This document shows positions 1 to 11,084 of a stretch of DNA of 64,000 bases, piece by piece. Below the pieces are notes generated by a model. The model had not been told where the DNA came from. It saw only the letters and a program-made list of their open reading frames with translations, and did no database searches. Source of the DNA: Mobula hypostoma (lineage: Eukaryota); NCBI RefSeq assembly GCF_963921235.1, contig NC_086097.1:203052001-203116000 (forward strand), written 5' to 3'. Numbering within the stretch: the first letter of the stretch is position 1; each line of letters opens with the position of its first letter. The translations under genes were made by a program, and so were the position numbers.

Positions 1-266
1 GTCCTTGTTCATCAGTCACTGAAAATAAGCATACAGGTACAGCAGGCAGTGAAGAAAGCTAATGGCATGTTGGCCTTCATAACAAGGGCAGTTGAGTACA
101 GGAGCAAAGGGGTCTTTCTGCAGTTGTACAAGGCCCTGGTAAGACCCCACCTGGAGTATTGTGTGCAGTTTTGGTCTCCAAATTTGAGGAAGGACTTTCT
201 TGCTATGGAGGGAGTGCAGCGTAGGTTCACTGGGTTAATTTCAGGGATGGCGGGAATGTTATGTTG

Positions 267-1658
267 TCCCCTTGTTCAAAAAAGGTAGTAGGGATAGTCT
301 GGGTAATTATAGACCAGTGAGCCTTACCTCTGTGGTGGGAAAGCTGTTAGAAAAGATTCTTAGAGATAGGATCTATGGGCATTTATAGAGAATCATGGTC
401 TGATCAGGGCTTTGTGAAGGGTAGGTCGTGTCTGACAAGCCTAATAGAGTTCTTTGAGGAGGTGAACAGGCATATAGATGAGGGTAGTGCAGTGGATGTG
501 ATCTATATGGATTTTAGTAAGGCATTTGACAAGGTTCCACACGGTAGGCTTATTCAGAAAGTCAGAAGGCATGGGATCCAGGGAAGTTTGGCCAGGTGGA
601 TTCAGAATTGGCTTGCCTGCAGAAGGTCATGGTGGAGGGAGTACATTCAGATTGGAGGGTTGTGACTAGTGGTGTCCCACAAGGATCTGTTCTGGGACCT
701 CTACTTTTCGTGATTTTTATTAACGACCTGGATGTGGGGGTAGAAGGGTGGGTTGGTAGGTTTGCGGACAACACAATGGTTGGTGGTGTTGTAGATAGTG
801 CAGAGGATTGTCGAAGATTGCAGAGAGACATTGATAGGATGCAGAAGTGGGCTGAGAAGTGGCAGATGGAGTTCAACCCGGAGAAGTGTGAGGTGGTACA
901 CTTTGGAAGGACAAGTTCCAAGGCAGAGTACAAAGTAAATGGCAGGATACTTGGTGGTGTGGAGGAGCAGAGGGATCTGGGGGTACATGTCCACAGATCC
1001 CTGAAAGTTGCCTCACAGGTAGATAGGGTCGTTAAGAAAGCTTATGGGGTGTTAAGCTTTCATAAGTCGAGGGATTGAGTTTAAGAGTCGCGATGTAATG
1101 ATACAGCTCTATAAAACTCTGGTTATGCCACACTTGAAGTACTGTGTCCGGTCTGGTCGCCTCACTATAGGAAGGATGTGGAAGCATTGGAAAGGGTACA
1201 GAGGAGATTTACCAGGATGCTGCCTGGTTTAGAGAGTATGCGTTATGATCAGAGATTAAAGGAGCTAGGGCTTTACTCTTTGGAGAGAAGGAGGATGAGA
1301 GGAGACATGATAAAGGTGTACAAGATAATAAGAGGAATAGATAGAGTGGATAGCCAGCGCCTCTTCCCCAGGGCACCACTGCTCAATACAAGAGGACATT
1401 GCTTTACGGTAAGGGGTAGAAAGTTCAAGGGGGATATTAGGGTAAGGTTTTTTACTCAAAGAGTGGTTCGTGCGTGAAATGCACTGCCTGAGTCAGTGGT
1501 GGAGGCAGATACACTAGTGAAATTTAAGAGACTACTAGACAGGTATATAGAGGAATTTAAGGTGGGGGGTTATATCGGAGGCAGGGTTTCAGGGTCGGCA
1601 CAACATTGTGGGCCGAAGGGCCTGTACTGTGCTGTACTATTCTATGTTCTGTATTCTA
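267..1658 (+). mobile_element. 5'-truncated CR1 LINE nested in another CR1
   Basis: RT motifs (DFSKAFDKVPH, GVPQGSVLGP, FADN) with frameshifts; TTCTATG-type tail; flanked by TATGTTG direct repeats at 260-266 and 1659-1665. Confidence 0.88.
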
Positions 1659-2169
1659 TATGTTGAAAGATTGGAGCGACTGGGCTTGTATACACTGGAA
1701 TTTAGAAGGATGAGAGGGGATCTGATTGAAACATATAAGATTATTAAGGGATTGGACACACTAGAGGCAGGAAACATGTTCCCGATGTTGGGGGAGTCCA
1801 GAACCAGAGGCCACAGTTTAAGAATAAGGGGTAGACCATTTAGAACGGAGTTGAGGAAAAACTTTTTCACACAGAGGGTTGTGGATCTGTGGAATGCTCT
1901 GCCTCAGAAGGCAGTGGAGGCCAATTCTCTTGATTCTTTCAAGAAAGAGTTAGATAGAGCTCTTAAAGATAGTGGAGTCAAGGGATATGGGGAGAAGGCA
2001 GGAACAGGGTACTGGGACTTCCGGTAGCGCTCATGGAGTGAAGTCGCGTTCTTGACTCGCTCCATTACCTCTGAGTTTTTTTTTCTCTATGGTCAGCTAT
2101 ACTTTAATTAACTATTAAGGCATCAATTCTTACAATACTTTGAATTAAACTGAATTCTCCGACAATTGG

Positions 2170-3069
2170 ATGATACTTAGATCTGCTATGTCTAAGAACG
2201 GGAAAAACGGCAAGGATGGTAAACCTCCGGTTAAACCGAAAGCTACGGATTTCCCCCCGACTGAATCACCGGTGACTTTGAAAGCGATATCGGAGTTAAT
2301 TCAGAGGGAAATTTCAACCTCTGTTAGGGAGATGATTCGTACGGAAATTGCAGGCTCTGTTAAAGACCTGATTCATACGGAAATCTCAACTAATCTCCAG
2401 AAAATTGCCGATTCAATGGATAAGATGCAAACATTTATTGCGGAACATCAGTCGGCTATATCTGATCTTCAAAAATTCGCGCAACAAAGTGAACTTAAGA
2501 TGGGGAAAATCGAAGAAACAATTAATGTAATGAAGAAGAAACTTGACTTTTTGACTTTTAAAAACTCTGACTTGGAATCTAGAATGCGACGGCAGAATTT
2601 ACGAATGATCGGGGTGAGGGAAGCTGTTGAAGCCAACAACCCTATGAAATATTTCTCTCAACTTTTAAAAGATGCATTCCCTACTGTATTTCCTGACCAA
2701 CCACCGCTACTGGATCGTGTTCACAGAATCCCATCATACTCGTCTAGGTCAGATAGACCTAGGCATGTTATTTTACGTTTTCATTATTTTCAAGACAAGG
2801 AGAGACTGTTTCGATTCGCTCGATCTAAAGGTTTCATTGATTTTTCGGATCTTAAGTTCCGATTCGTGGAAGATTTCAGTAAACCAATCTGGGTCCAACG
2901 GGTTCGTTACAGATCTGTGATGTCGGAATTCTATAAGATGGATTTAAGACCAGCGCTGCTGTACCCTGCACGTCTAAGGATTCGCATGTTAGATGGAGCC
3001 CTTCGTTTTTTTGATTCTCCATCGGACGCCCAGAGTTATCTGGATCAACTTTCATCTTCAACATCTTAA
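2170..3069 (+). CDS. L1 ORF1p (coiled coil + RRM + CTD), intact
   Basis: Uninterrupted 299-aa ORF with DLESRMRRQNLRMIGVRE, LDRVHRI, PRHVILRF and LLYPARL motifs typical of L1 ORF1p. The start could be the ATG at 2170 or 2188. Confidence 0.9.
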   Translation: MILRSAMSKNGKNGKDGKPPVKPKATDFPPTESPVTLKAISELIQREISTSVREMIRTEIAGSVKDLIHTEISTNLQKIADSMDKMQTFIAEHQSAISDLQKFAQQSELKMGKIEETINVMKKKLDFLTFKNSDLESRMRRQNLRMIGVREAVEANNPMKYFSQLLKDAFPTVFPDQPPLLDRVHRIPSYSSRSDRPRHVILRFHYFQDKERLFRFARSKGFIDFSDLKFRFVEDFSKPIWVQRVRYRSVMSEFYKMDLRPALLYPARLRIRMLDGALRFFDSPSDAQSYLDQLSSSTS

Positions 3070-3790
3070 TTGCCTTTTTTTAATTATCTCCGTTGATCGG
3101 AGGCTGTGAATTGGTTGGTTTTAACTTTTCCGTGCCCTATCTGGGCAGAAAAGTTTACTTTTGATTTCTTAATATGGCTGCTAAACTTTCTTTTTTAACT
3201 GCGTCATTTCTTTCTTTTCCCAGGGGATTCTGGGTGGTTACTTCCCTTTTGTCATCTTACGTATTTCCTGTGTGGCCTTAAATTTTGTAGTTTTTTTTAA
3301 ATTTTATTCTGTTTTGCTTTTTATAACCACTTTATGTTAATAATCCTATTTTTTCTTGTTGCTGTGTCTATTCATGAGTTTGAGGTTTATTGTAGTTTTT
3401 TTTAATATATATTTTCCGGCTTTTGTTCTGTTCTGTGTGTATTTTAATTGAGCTAACTTTTTTTTACTTACTTTTTTACTGTTTTACAACTAGCTGATCC
3501 TTTTCATATTTATACCTTTTTTTTAGGGAGCGTATACCGGAAGTCATGGGGGTAGTTTTAGTGCTTGCTTCTTTCTGGCGGGTCTGCTTTAGATTTTGCC
3601 TTGGGGTCTTGGGGCGGAGGGTGGTGGGAGGGGCTTCACGTTTTAGTTTGTTTCTCTTTGGGCTATATACATTATTGAAGTACTGGTTGCGTCCTTTTTC
3701 CCGGTATCTTTTGTATGTTCTGTTTCCTCTCCGGGTTTGTGGGTCGCGCCTATCGTCAATCCTCCTTGTTGTGGGTTGACTTTAGGATTT

Positions 3791-6700
3791 ATGGAGTCTA
3801 TTATTAATTTTGTCTCCTGGAATACTAACGGTCTTAATCATCCTATTAAAAGGAAAAAAGTTTTTAAAGTGTTCCGGAGACTTAAAGCACAAATTTTATT
3901 TTTACAAGAGACCCATGTACGGAGGGGGGACAGACTACGTTTTTTCAAATTCTGGAAGGGACAACAATTTCATTCGAACTCCAATGCTAAGATTCGAGGC
4001 GTCTCTATTTTTATAGATTCCTCAGTTACTTTTATACAACAGGATATTATTTCTGATCCGAATGGTAGATTTTTGTTGGTTAGTGGTTTACTATTTAATT
4101 AAAAAGTAGTTTTGGTTAATGTTTATGCTCCTAATATGGATTGTCCGGAATTTTATAAATCATTGTTTGATCAGTTTTCGAATTTGAACGAGTTTTCATT
4201 GATCTGGGGCAGAGATCTTAATACCTGTTTGTCTCCAGCTTTGGATCGTTCGGCTCCTTTACGGACTTTACCTAATAAATCTGCAAATTTGATTAATTTT
4301 TTCCTTTCTGATTCTGGGTCGACGGATATTTGGCGTTTTCTGCATCCTCAGGAAAAAGATTTTTCCTTCTTTTCACATGTTCATCATTCCTATTCAAGAA
4401 TTGATTATTTTTTCATTGATTCTCGTCTCATTCCTTCAGTGATTAAATGTGATTATGATTCTATAACCATTTCGGATCATGCTCCACTTAAGCTTTCTAT
4501 TAAAATTATGGCCAATATACAAAATAATAGACAATGGCGTTTTAATTCGCTGTTGCTTCAGGACTCGGACTTTGTTAATTTTATGAATGAACAGATTGAG
4601 CTTTTTTTTACAATTAACCATACAGAAGATATTTCGGTTAACACTCTTTGGGACACTTTTAAAGCCTATATTCGGGGTCAGATTATTTCGTATTCTGCTG
4701 CTTTGAGGAAGAAACAGAAGCAGGAGGAGATGGTAATTGTGGACAAGATTAAAGAAATTGATAAGAAATATGTTATGGCTCCTTCTGAGGAGTTATACAA
4801 ACAAAGAACTGAACTTCAAATGGAACACAGTTTACTACTCTCGTCCTCGATTGTAAACCAATTAAAGAAAATAAGAAGTGACTTTTATGTTCACAGTGAC
4901 AAAATTGGCAAGCTGCTGGCTAATCAATTGAAATCTAATTATGTTAAATCTCAAATCAATCAGATTTATAACCAAAATGATCGATTGATACTGGATCATG
5001 TGGGGATTAATCAAACCTTTTGTGATTTTTATTCTTCTTTATATCAATCAGAGTCTCCTCGAGATTCTAAATATATGAATGATTTTTTAGATAAGTTAGA
5101 CTTTCCTCAGATTTCACAGGATATGTCTTCTTTATTAGATACTTCCATTACAATGGATGAGATTAAGAATGTTATTTTTTCTATGAATTTGGGGAAAGCT
5201 CCTGGCCCGGATGGGTTTACCGTTGAATTTTATAAATGTTTTGCTTCTTTATTGATTCCTTGGCTCTGTAGGGTTTTTGAGGCTTCTTTGAAACTTGGTA
5301 AACTTCCTGAATCTTTTAATAGAGCATCAATTTCTCTAATACTAAAGAAGGATAAAGACCCTGCTCAATGTGCATCTTATAGACCAATATCTTTATTAAA
5401 TGTTGATTCTAAAGTTTTTTCTAAGTTATTAGCAAATAGACTAGAAAAAGTACTTCCTTCTATTATTTCGGAAGACCAAACGGGTTTTATTAAAGGTCGT
5501 TACTCTTTTTATAATATTCGTACATTGTTAAATATCGTTTATACTCCCTCACAAAATGTTCCTGAGTGTGTTATTTCTTTAGATGCCGAGAAAGCTTTTG
5601 ATAGAGTAGAATGGCCTTATTTATTTAAGGTGCTTGAAATGTTTAATTTTAGCTTGAAATTTATATCCTGGATTAAACTGTTATATCATTCCCCTGTAGC
5701 CTCGGTTCGTACTAACTCTTTAAACTCACCTTTTTTTCCTCTCTTTCGTGGTACTCGACAAGGCTGTCCTCTTAGTCCCCTATTATTTGATATTGCATTA
5801 GAACCTCTTGCAATTGCTATTCGAGAATCTTCAAATATTACTGGGATAACTCGGGGATTAAAGTCCCATAAATTATCACTCTATGCTGATGATTTACTTT
5901 TATATATTTCTAATCCTGAGAAATCCATTCCTGCTGTTTTAGAGTTATTAGCACAATTTGGTTTTTTCTCAGGTTATAAATTAAATCTTAGTAAGAGTGA
6001 ACTTTTTCCGATTAATAAACATCTTCCCTTATATTATAAATTTCCATTTAAATTGATTAATAATTATTTTTCATATCTTGGGATTAAAATTACTTGTAAA
6101 TATAAAGATTTATTTAAGATTAACTTTTTACCATTAATAGACCATATTACTCAACTTTCATCTAAATGGTTTCCCTTATATTTAACTTTGATTGGTCGTA
6201 TTAATGCAGTTAAGATGTTTTTTTTGCCAAAATTTTTATATGTGTTTCAGGCATTACCAATTTTCGTTCCTAAATCTTTTTTTGATAAAGTTGACTCTAA
6301 AATTTCTTCATTTATTTGGCAGAATAAGAATCCGAGACTGGGTAAAATACATTTACAGAAAGCTAAGAGAGATGGAGGTTTAGCATTACCTAACTTTAGA
6401 TTTTATTATTGGGCTATTAATATTCGACATATGAAATTTTGGTTACTTGACCAGGACATACTATCTATTCCTAAATGGGTAGCATTGGAATTACAATCTG
6501 TTCTGGGTTATACACTTGGTTCTATTTTAGGTTCCTCTCTTCCTTTTGATTCGAAACGTCTTAAGCAGGTCTCTAACCCGATAGTTAAATATGCTTTGCG
6601 CATTTGGTTTCAATTCAGAAAATTTTTTGATCTTAATCAATTCGGGTTAGCGATTCCTATTTTAGGTAACATATTTTTTCCTCCCTCTTTTACGGATTGC

Positions 6701-7567
6701 GCTTTTCAAACTTGGAAGACTAAGGGTATTTTACGGTTTTTGGATTTATTTTTAGATGGTTCCCTTATGTCTTTTGAACAATTATCTAATAAATATAACT
6801 TATCAAGAATACATTTTTTTAGATATTTACAAGTTAGAAATTTCCTAAGTACTATACTTTCTTCCTTTCCAATGCTTCCTCCTATATATATTTTAGATTC
6901 GATAATTAACCTTAATCCATGTCAGAAAGGTGCATCGGCTATGATTTATAATATTATTATGAAACTTAGGAAAGCTCCATTTGATAAGATTAGGGTAGAT
7001 TGGGAACAGGAATTGGGGCTTACCATTTCTGTGGATGATTGGGGGCAGATTTTACAATTAGTTAATACTTCCTCTATTTGTGCTAAACATTCCCTAATTC
7101 AATTTAAAGTGGTTCATAGAGCACATATGTCCAAAGATAAGTTAGCGCGTTTTTACTCGCATATTAATCCTTTCTGTGATAGATGTTCGGGGCAGATAGC
7201 CTCTTTAACTCATATGTTTTGGTCTTGCCCTACTTTGGAAACTTTTTGGAGAGATATTTTCAATATTATTTCTAAGGTATTAAATATAGATATCTCTCCT
7301 CACCCTATTACTGCTATCTTTGGACTACCTAAAATTTCTAGTAATCTTTCCCCTTCAGCCCGTAGAATGATTGCATTTCTTACTTTAATGGCAAAAAGAT
7401 GTATTTTACAACATTGGAAAGAGCTTAATGCTCCAACTACCTTTTTTTGGTTTTCTCAGACGATTTTATGTTTGAATTTGGAGAAAATTAGAAGTAACCT
7501 TTATGATTCTTCATTTAAATTTGAACAGATTTGGGGACCTTTTATTCGATATTTTCATTTAATGTAA
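3791..7567 (+). pseudogene. L1 ORF2p (APE endonuclease, reverse transcriptase, CCHC) with one in-frame stop
   Basis: ATG at 3791 (MESIINFVSWNTNGL, FLQETH). TAA at 4100-4102, then the same frame continues to 7567 (SRIDY, SDHAP, KAPGPDG, LDAEKAFD, GTRQGCPLSP, YADD, CDRC...HMFWSC). Confidence 0.92.
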
Positions 7568-9226
7568 TATTCACCCTTCTTGTTTTTTTTTTCACTGTTT
7601 TTAATGGAGGTCGGGATTGAGGACGTGATTTTAAGTTTAACTCTGTTTGGTTTCAAGTTAGCCCATTGCTTTGCCTTGCTTTTAGTTAGCTGCACGGTGG
7701 GTTTTTTTTGGGGGGTTTTTTTTTTCTTTTTTTTCCATTGATATATATAAAATTTAGTATACTATTATGTTATCTTGGTTTCTTATGCTTAAATTACATT
7801 GTTTGTAGTATTTTCTTTTTGGTATTGTTATCTTTTGGAATTTTATTATACTTTAACATTGTATTAATGTTTATATGGCTTACCTTTTTTGTATACTTAC
7901 TCAATAAAAAGATTTAAAAAGGAACAGGGTACTGATTGTGGATGATCAGCCATGATCACAGTGAATGCGGGTGCTGGCTCGAGGGGCCAAATGGCTTACT
8001 CCTGCACCTATTGTCTATTGCCTATTGACATTCTTTTCAAGTCTACAGATGACAGAATACTAAGAAAGACAGTGAAATATAAGGATGACAATAACTAACT
8101 TACACAGGCTGATGGATGGGGGAAGATAAATTTTAGTACAGGGAAATATGAAGTGATATATTTTGGTAAGAATGAGAAGAGCAAATAAAAGTCTAGAAAG
8201 AGTATAAGGACAGGCAGATCTACAGGCAAAAACACATTCAGTTCACTTAATGTGGGAGGACAGACTGAGAAAACAGTTGAAAACATTCAGGGCCATGAGC
8301 TGAGATGGCAGAGTTTGTACTTATATAGGGAAAGTATGGACTTGATGGACTGAATGGTCTCCTTCCATGCTGTAACAATTCAGTGAAAGCAGACTGACAC
8401 CTCAGTACACTGACAGAACTTACTCATAAGATCCACAAGCAGCAACAAGATAAACTTGTCTTTTCAACAAGCTACTTTAGTGTGACCAAAATACACAGCT
8501 ATAATGGGACACAAAAGACTTTTGAATTATTGAGCTAAAATCATTCCCCTCCCTGCCTCCATCCCCCAGAGTATTATCTGAGAAGACTCCTCAGCCTTTA
8601 GCTTTGGATCTGGAATGACAAATGATGACTAGCTGGCGTCTCTTGATGAATTGCTGTGGGGCAGTGGTGCACACATCTGTACTTACTGGAAGTTTGAACA
8701 GCATCATAAGCTGAGGGGCTGGATACAATTAGGTTCATGCCAACCAAATCAGCCAATTAGAATTGCTCCATTCATTTAAATGTGATCGCTGACCCTCACG
8801 AAAATGGTAAGTAGAAATAAGACGGCTTTTCATAAAAAGTGTTTTAATTAACATTTATGCTAGCTTATTTATTTAATTTAATAACTTTTTAAGTTAGTTT
8901 TCTTTTTGCTAATTTAGATGTTTCTTTTTACTGTTACTAACATATTTCACTCATTGTGGCAGTATAAGCTTGGAGAAATGTCCTTGTCAGCACATGGTGT
9001 CAGAAGGCCACCGGGGTTGTTTGTGAATCTCAGGGCGACCCATGCCCCAGACTCCACCACTTGCAGCCTAGTTGCTGTTCACAAGTGGCTCGTTTTGTAG
9101 AAGGGCAACGGCAATGTAGGGAGGAAGTCTGAGGATAGGCAGCTGGAAAAGACAGCTAGGTGAATGCGAGACTTAGGCCAGATGCAGCCAATCGTTATCT
9201 CTCTCATTGCTCAAAGTCACTTTTAC

Positions 9227-9365
9227 CTGGTCGTATAACTGTACAGCCGTTGCAAAATCATTTTTAGCTTCTGCCAGAAGAGCCTTCTGAGTGATGGGCT
9301 TTGTGCCAATCTTTTCACTGAAGATTCCACGCAGGACATCATAATCTCCTATCGATCGGTACAAT
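9227..9365 (-). CDS. PRKDC: DNA-PKcs coding exon (FAT region); last exon recognised in the window
   Basis: [46 protein letters not shown] (human [15 protein letters not shown]); 139 nt, phase 2 to 0. Confidence 0.96.
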
Positions 9366-9856
9366 CTGCAAAAAGATCAATGTTTATGCATTCACAGCTT
9401 TCGAAATCGTGTTCAAGTATCGACAGACTCATATGTTATCCTGGTTGTTCAGAGGATAAAGGCAGATATAGCAACACTCAGATGGAATAGTGACAAATGT
9501 CAGTGCCCTTGGGAAAGGAAAAGATGAAAAAGCACAAAAAACTGAGATCCTCCAGCACTTTGTGTGTGTTGCCATGATTCTAACAGGTAATTTTACTATT
9601 TTACTACACGCGGTCCACCATGTCACTTTATGTCAATCTGTCAATTTCCAGGCCATGTCACTCAGAGACTTGTACTAATATTATTATGTGCTGTGCTGGA
9701 TTGTAACTATAAACCCTGCATGTGACTCTGTAATGTGTTTTGCACCCTGGCCCCAGAGGAATGATGTTTTGATTAACTATATAATTATAATGTTGAATAA
9801 CAACAAACTGGAACTTGAATGTGAACCAAACCTTAGTGATGATTGCAGAGACTTAC

Positions 9857-10065
9857 TTAGCGAGCTCCACCCATCGGGTAGTGTCAGGAGACTGATGGCT
9901 TCTGCCTCGTGCTCTCTTTGCTGGTGGTTCCTCAGCTGAAGTCTGACAGATCAAACTTAGCTCCAAAAGCAGAATTCCCATTGGTTGTTGTAAACTAGCT
10001 GAAGAGGTTAAGCTTATAATGGAGGGATCAAGATTCAGCAGGTCTGGGTGATGATAACTCATATC
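9857..10065 (-). CDS. PRKDC: DNA-PKcs coding exon (FAT region)
   Basis: DMSYHHPDLLNLDPSIISLTSSASLQQPMGILLLE...PPAKRARGRSHQSPDTTRWVELA (human ASLQQPVGIRLLEE...RWVELAK); 209 nt, phase 0 to 2, donor GTAAGT. Confidence 0.95.
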
Positions 10066-10289
10066 CTTATAAAACAAATCAAAACCAACGTTCATCACTA
10101 TTTTCCAATAAAACACACAGGTACAATCAAACAGACTGTTTATGGAAATGAAGTACAATTTCTTAATACATCACAAACAATGCTGGACAGCCCAAAAGTG
10201 TTTTACAAAGGAAAACAGAATGGAAAGACTTGGAAGGAAGAGATTAGGTATAATCAAAATCTCAAAATTGTGATTATAAGGTTAAAAAC

Positions 10290-10720
10290 TATAAAATTAT
10301 GGATTATTTATTATTATCAGCACTCAATTGCCCACCATTGAGAATATCTACCATAAACGCTGCCTGGGCAGGGCAAATAGCATTATCAGGAATGCATCTC
10401 ACCCTAACCGCCTTTTTACTCTCCTCTCATCCAGTAGACGCTACAGGAGCCTCTGCTCCCGCACCAGCAGGCACAGGAAGAGCTTCTTCCCTGAGGCTGT
10501 GACACTGCTAAACCTCTCAGCACAGCACTAAGCAGTATTGGATCCGTATTGTACTGTCTCAGTACTTTTATATTAGTGTGCTGTAGCACTTTTTTTATTC
10601 ACAGTTATTTTGTAAATAACACTATTCTTTGCATTTCTGGTCAGATGCTAAATGCATTTCATAGGCTTTGTATCTGTACTCTGCACAATGACAATAAAGT
10701 TGAATCTAATCTAATCTAAT
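10290..10720 (+). mobile_element. Rex1/Babar-like LINE 3' fragment with (AATCT)n tail
   Basis: RANSIIRNASHP...LLSSSRRYRSL...RHRKSFFPEAVTLLN C-terminus; ACAATAAAG followed by AATCT repeats. Confidence 0.75.
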
Positions 10721-11084
10721 ATTTATAATTATATTTATATATATATAATTTATAATTATAAATTATAAATTGATTATAAAATTATAAATTATGAAGTTCA
10801 AGCTTGAGATTTTTAAGGGTAACTTTCAAGAAATAAAAATAAAGCAAATGAACATGTTAACTTCTTCTCAGTCATCTCTCTTTAAATTGCTTTTTATTAA
10901 CCATTCACCTGAACTACTGGAATATGTGCTTACCAAAACCGTAGTGAGAAAGGGAAAGTGTAAACCGGGCAGTTCTAACTGACATGTGCTAAAATATAAA
11001 ATAACACAGAAGTGAATAATGAACAAAGGATGTGTCCAAGGAAGGTCAAATAGATTAGGAAGCACTAAATGAAATCTGAAAGTA

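Larger units (their letters stand above)
2015..7920 (+). mobile_element. Full-length L1-clade LINE (about 5.9 kb), antisense to PRKDC
   Basis: TSD GGAACAGGGTACTG at 2001-2014 and 7921-7934; 5' end GGACTTCCGG; ORF1, ~720-nt spacer, ORF2; AATAAA at 7903-7908 and a short A-rich tail. Confidence 0.95.
1..8030 (+). mobile_element. CR1-clade LINE 3' portion, split into three pieces (1-266, 1659-2014, 7921-8030) by two younger insertions
   Basis: CR1 ORF2 C-terminus (LYKALVRPHLEYCVQFWSP...RMRGDLIETYKI...GEKAGTGY) is continuous across the insertions. The 3' UTR and CTATTG-type tail resume after 7934. Confidence 0.88.

Noticed and set aside
4112..7567. 1151-aa ORF taken as an intact stand-alone RT gene
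   Set aside because: It starts at TTG in the middle of the endonuclease. The real ORF2 begins at ATG 3791 and is broken by the TAA at 4100-4102.
8030..9226. Next downstream PRKDC exon (human ALNKQDW...EKDFWE-like)
   Set aside because: I found no matching peptide on the minus strand, so it probably lies left of the window. A manual miss is possible.
10700..10790. Periodic AT-rich tract as a structured array
   Set aside because: It is a LINE (AATCT)n tail decaying into low-complexity ATA/TTA sequence.
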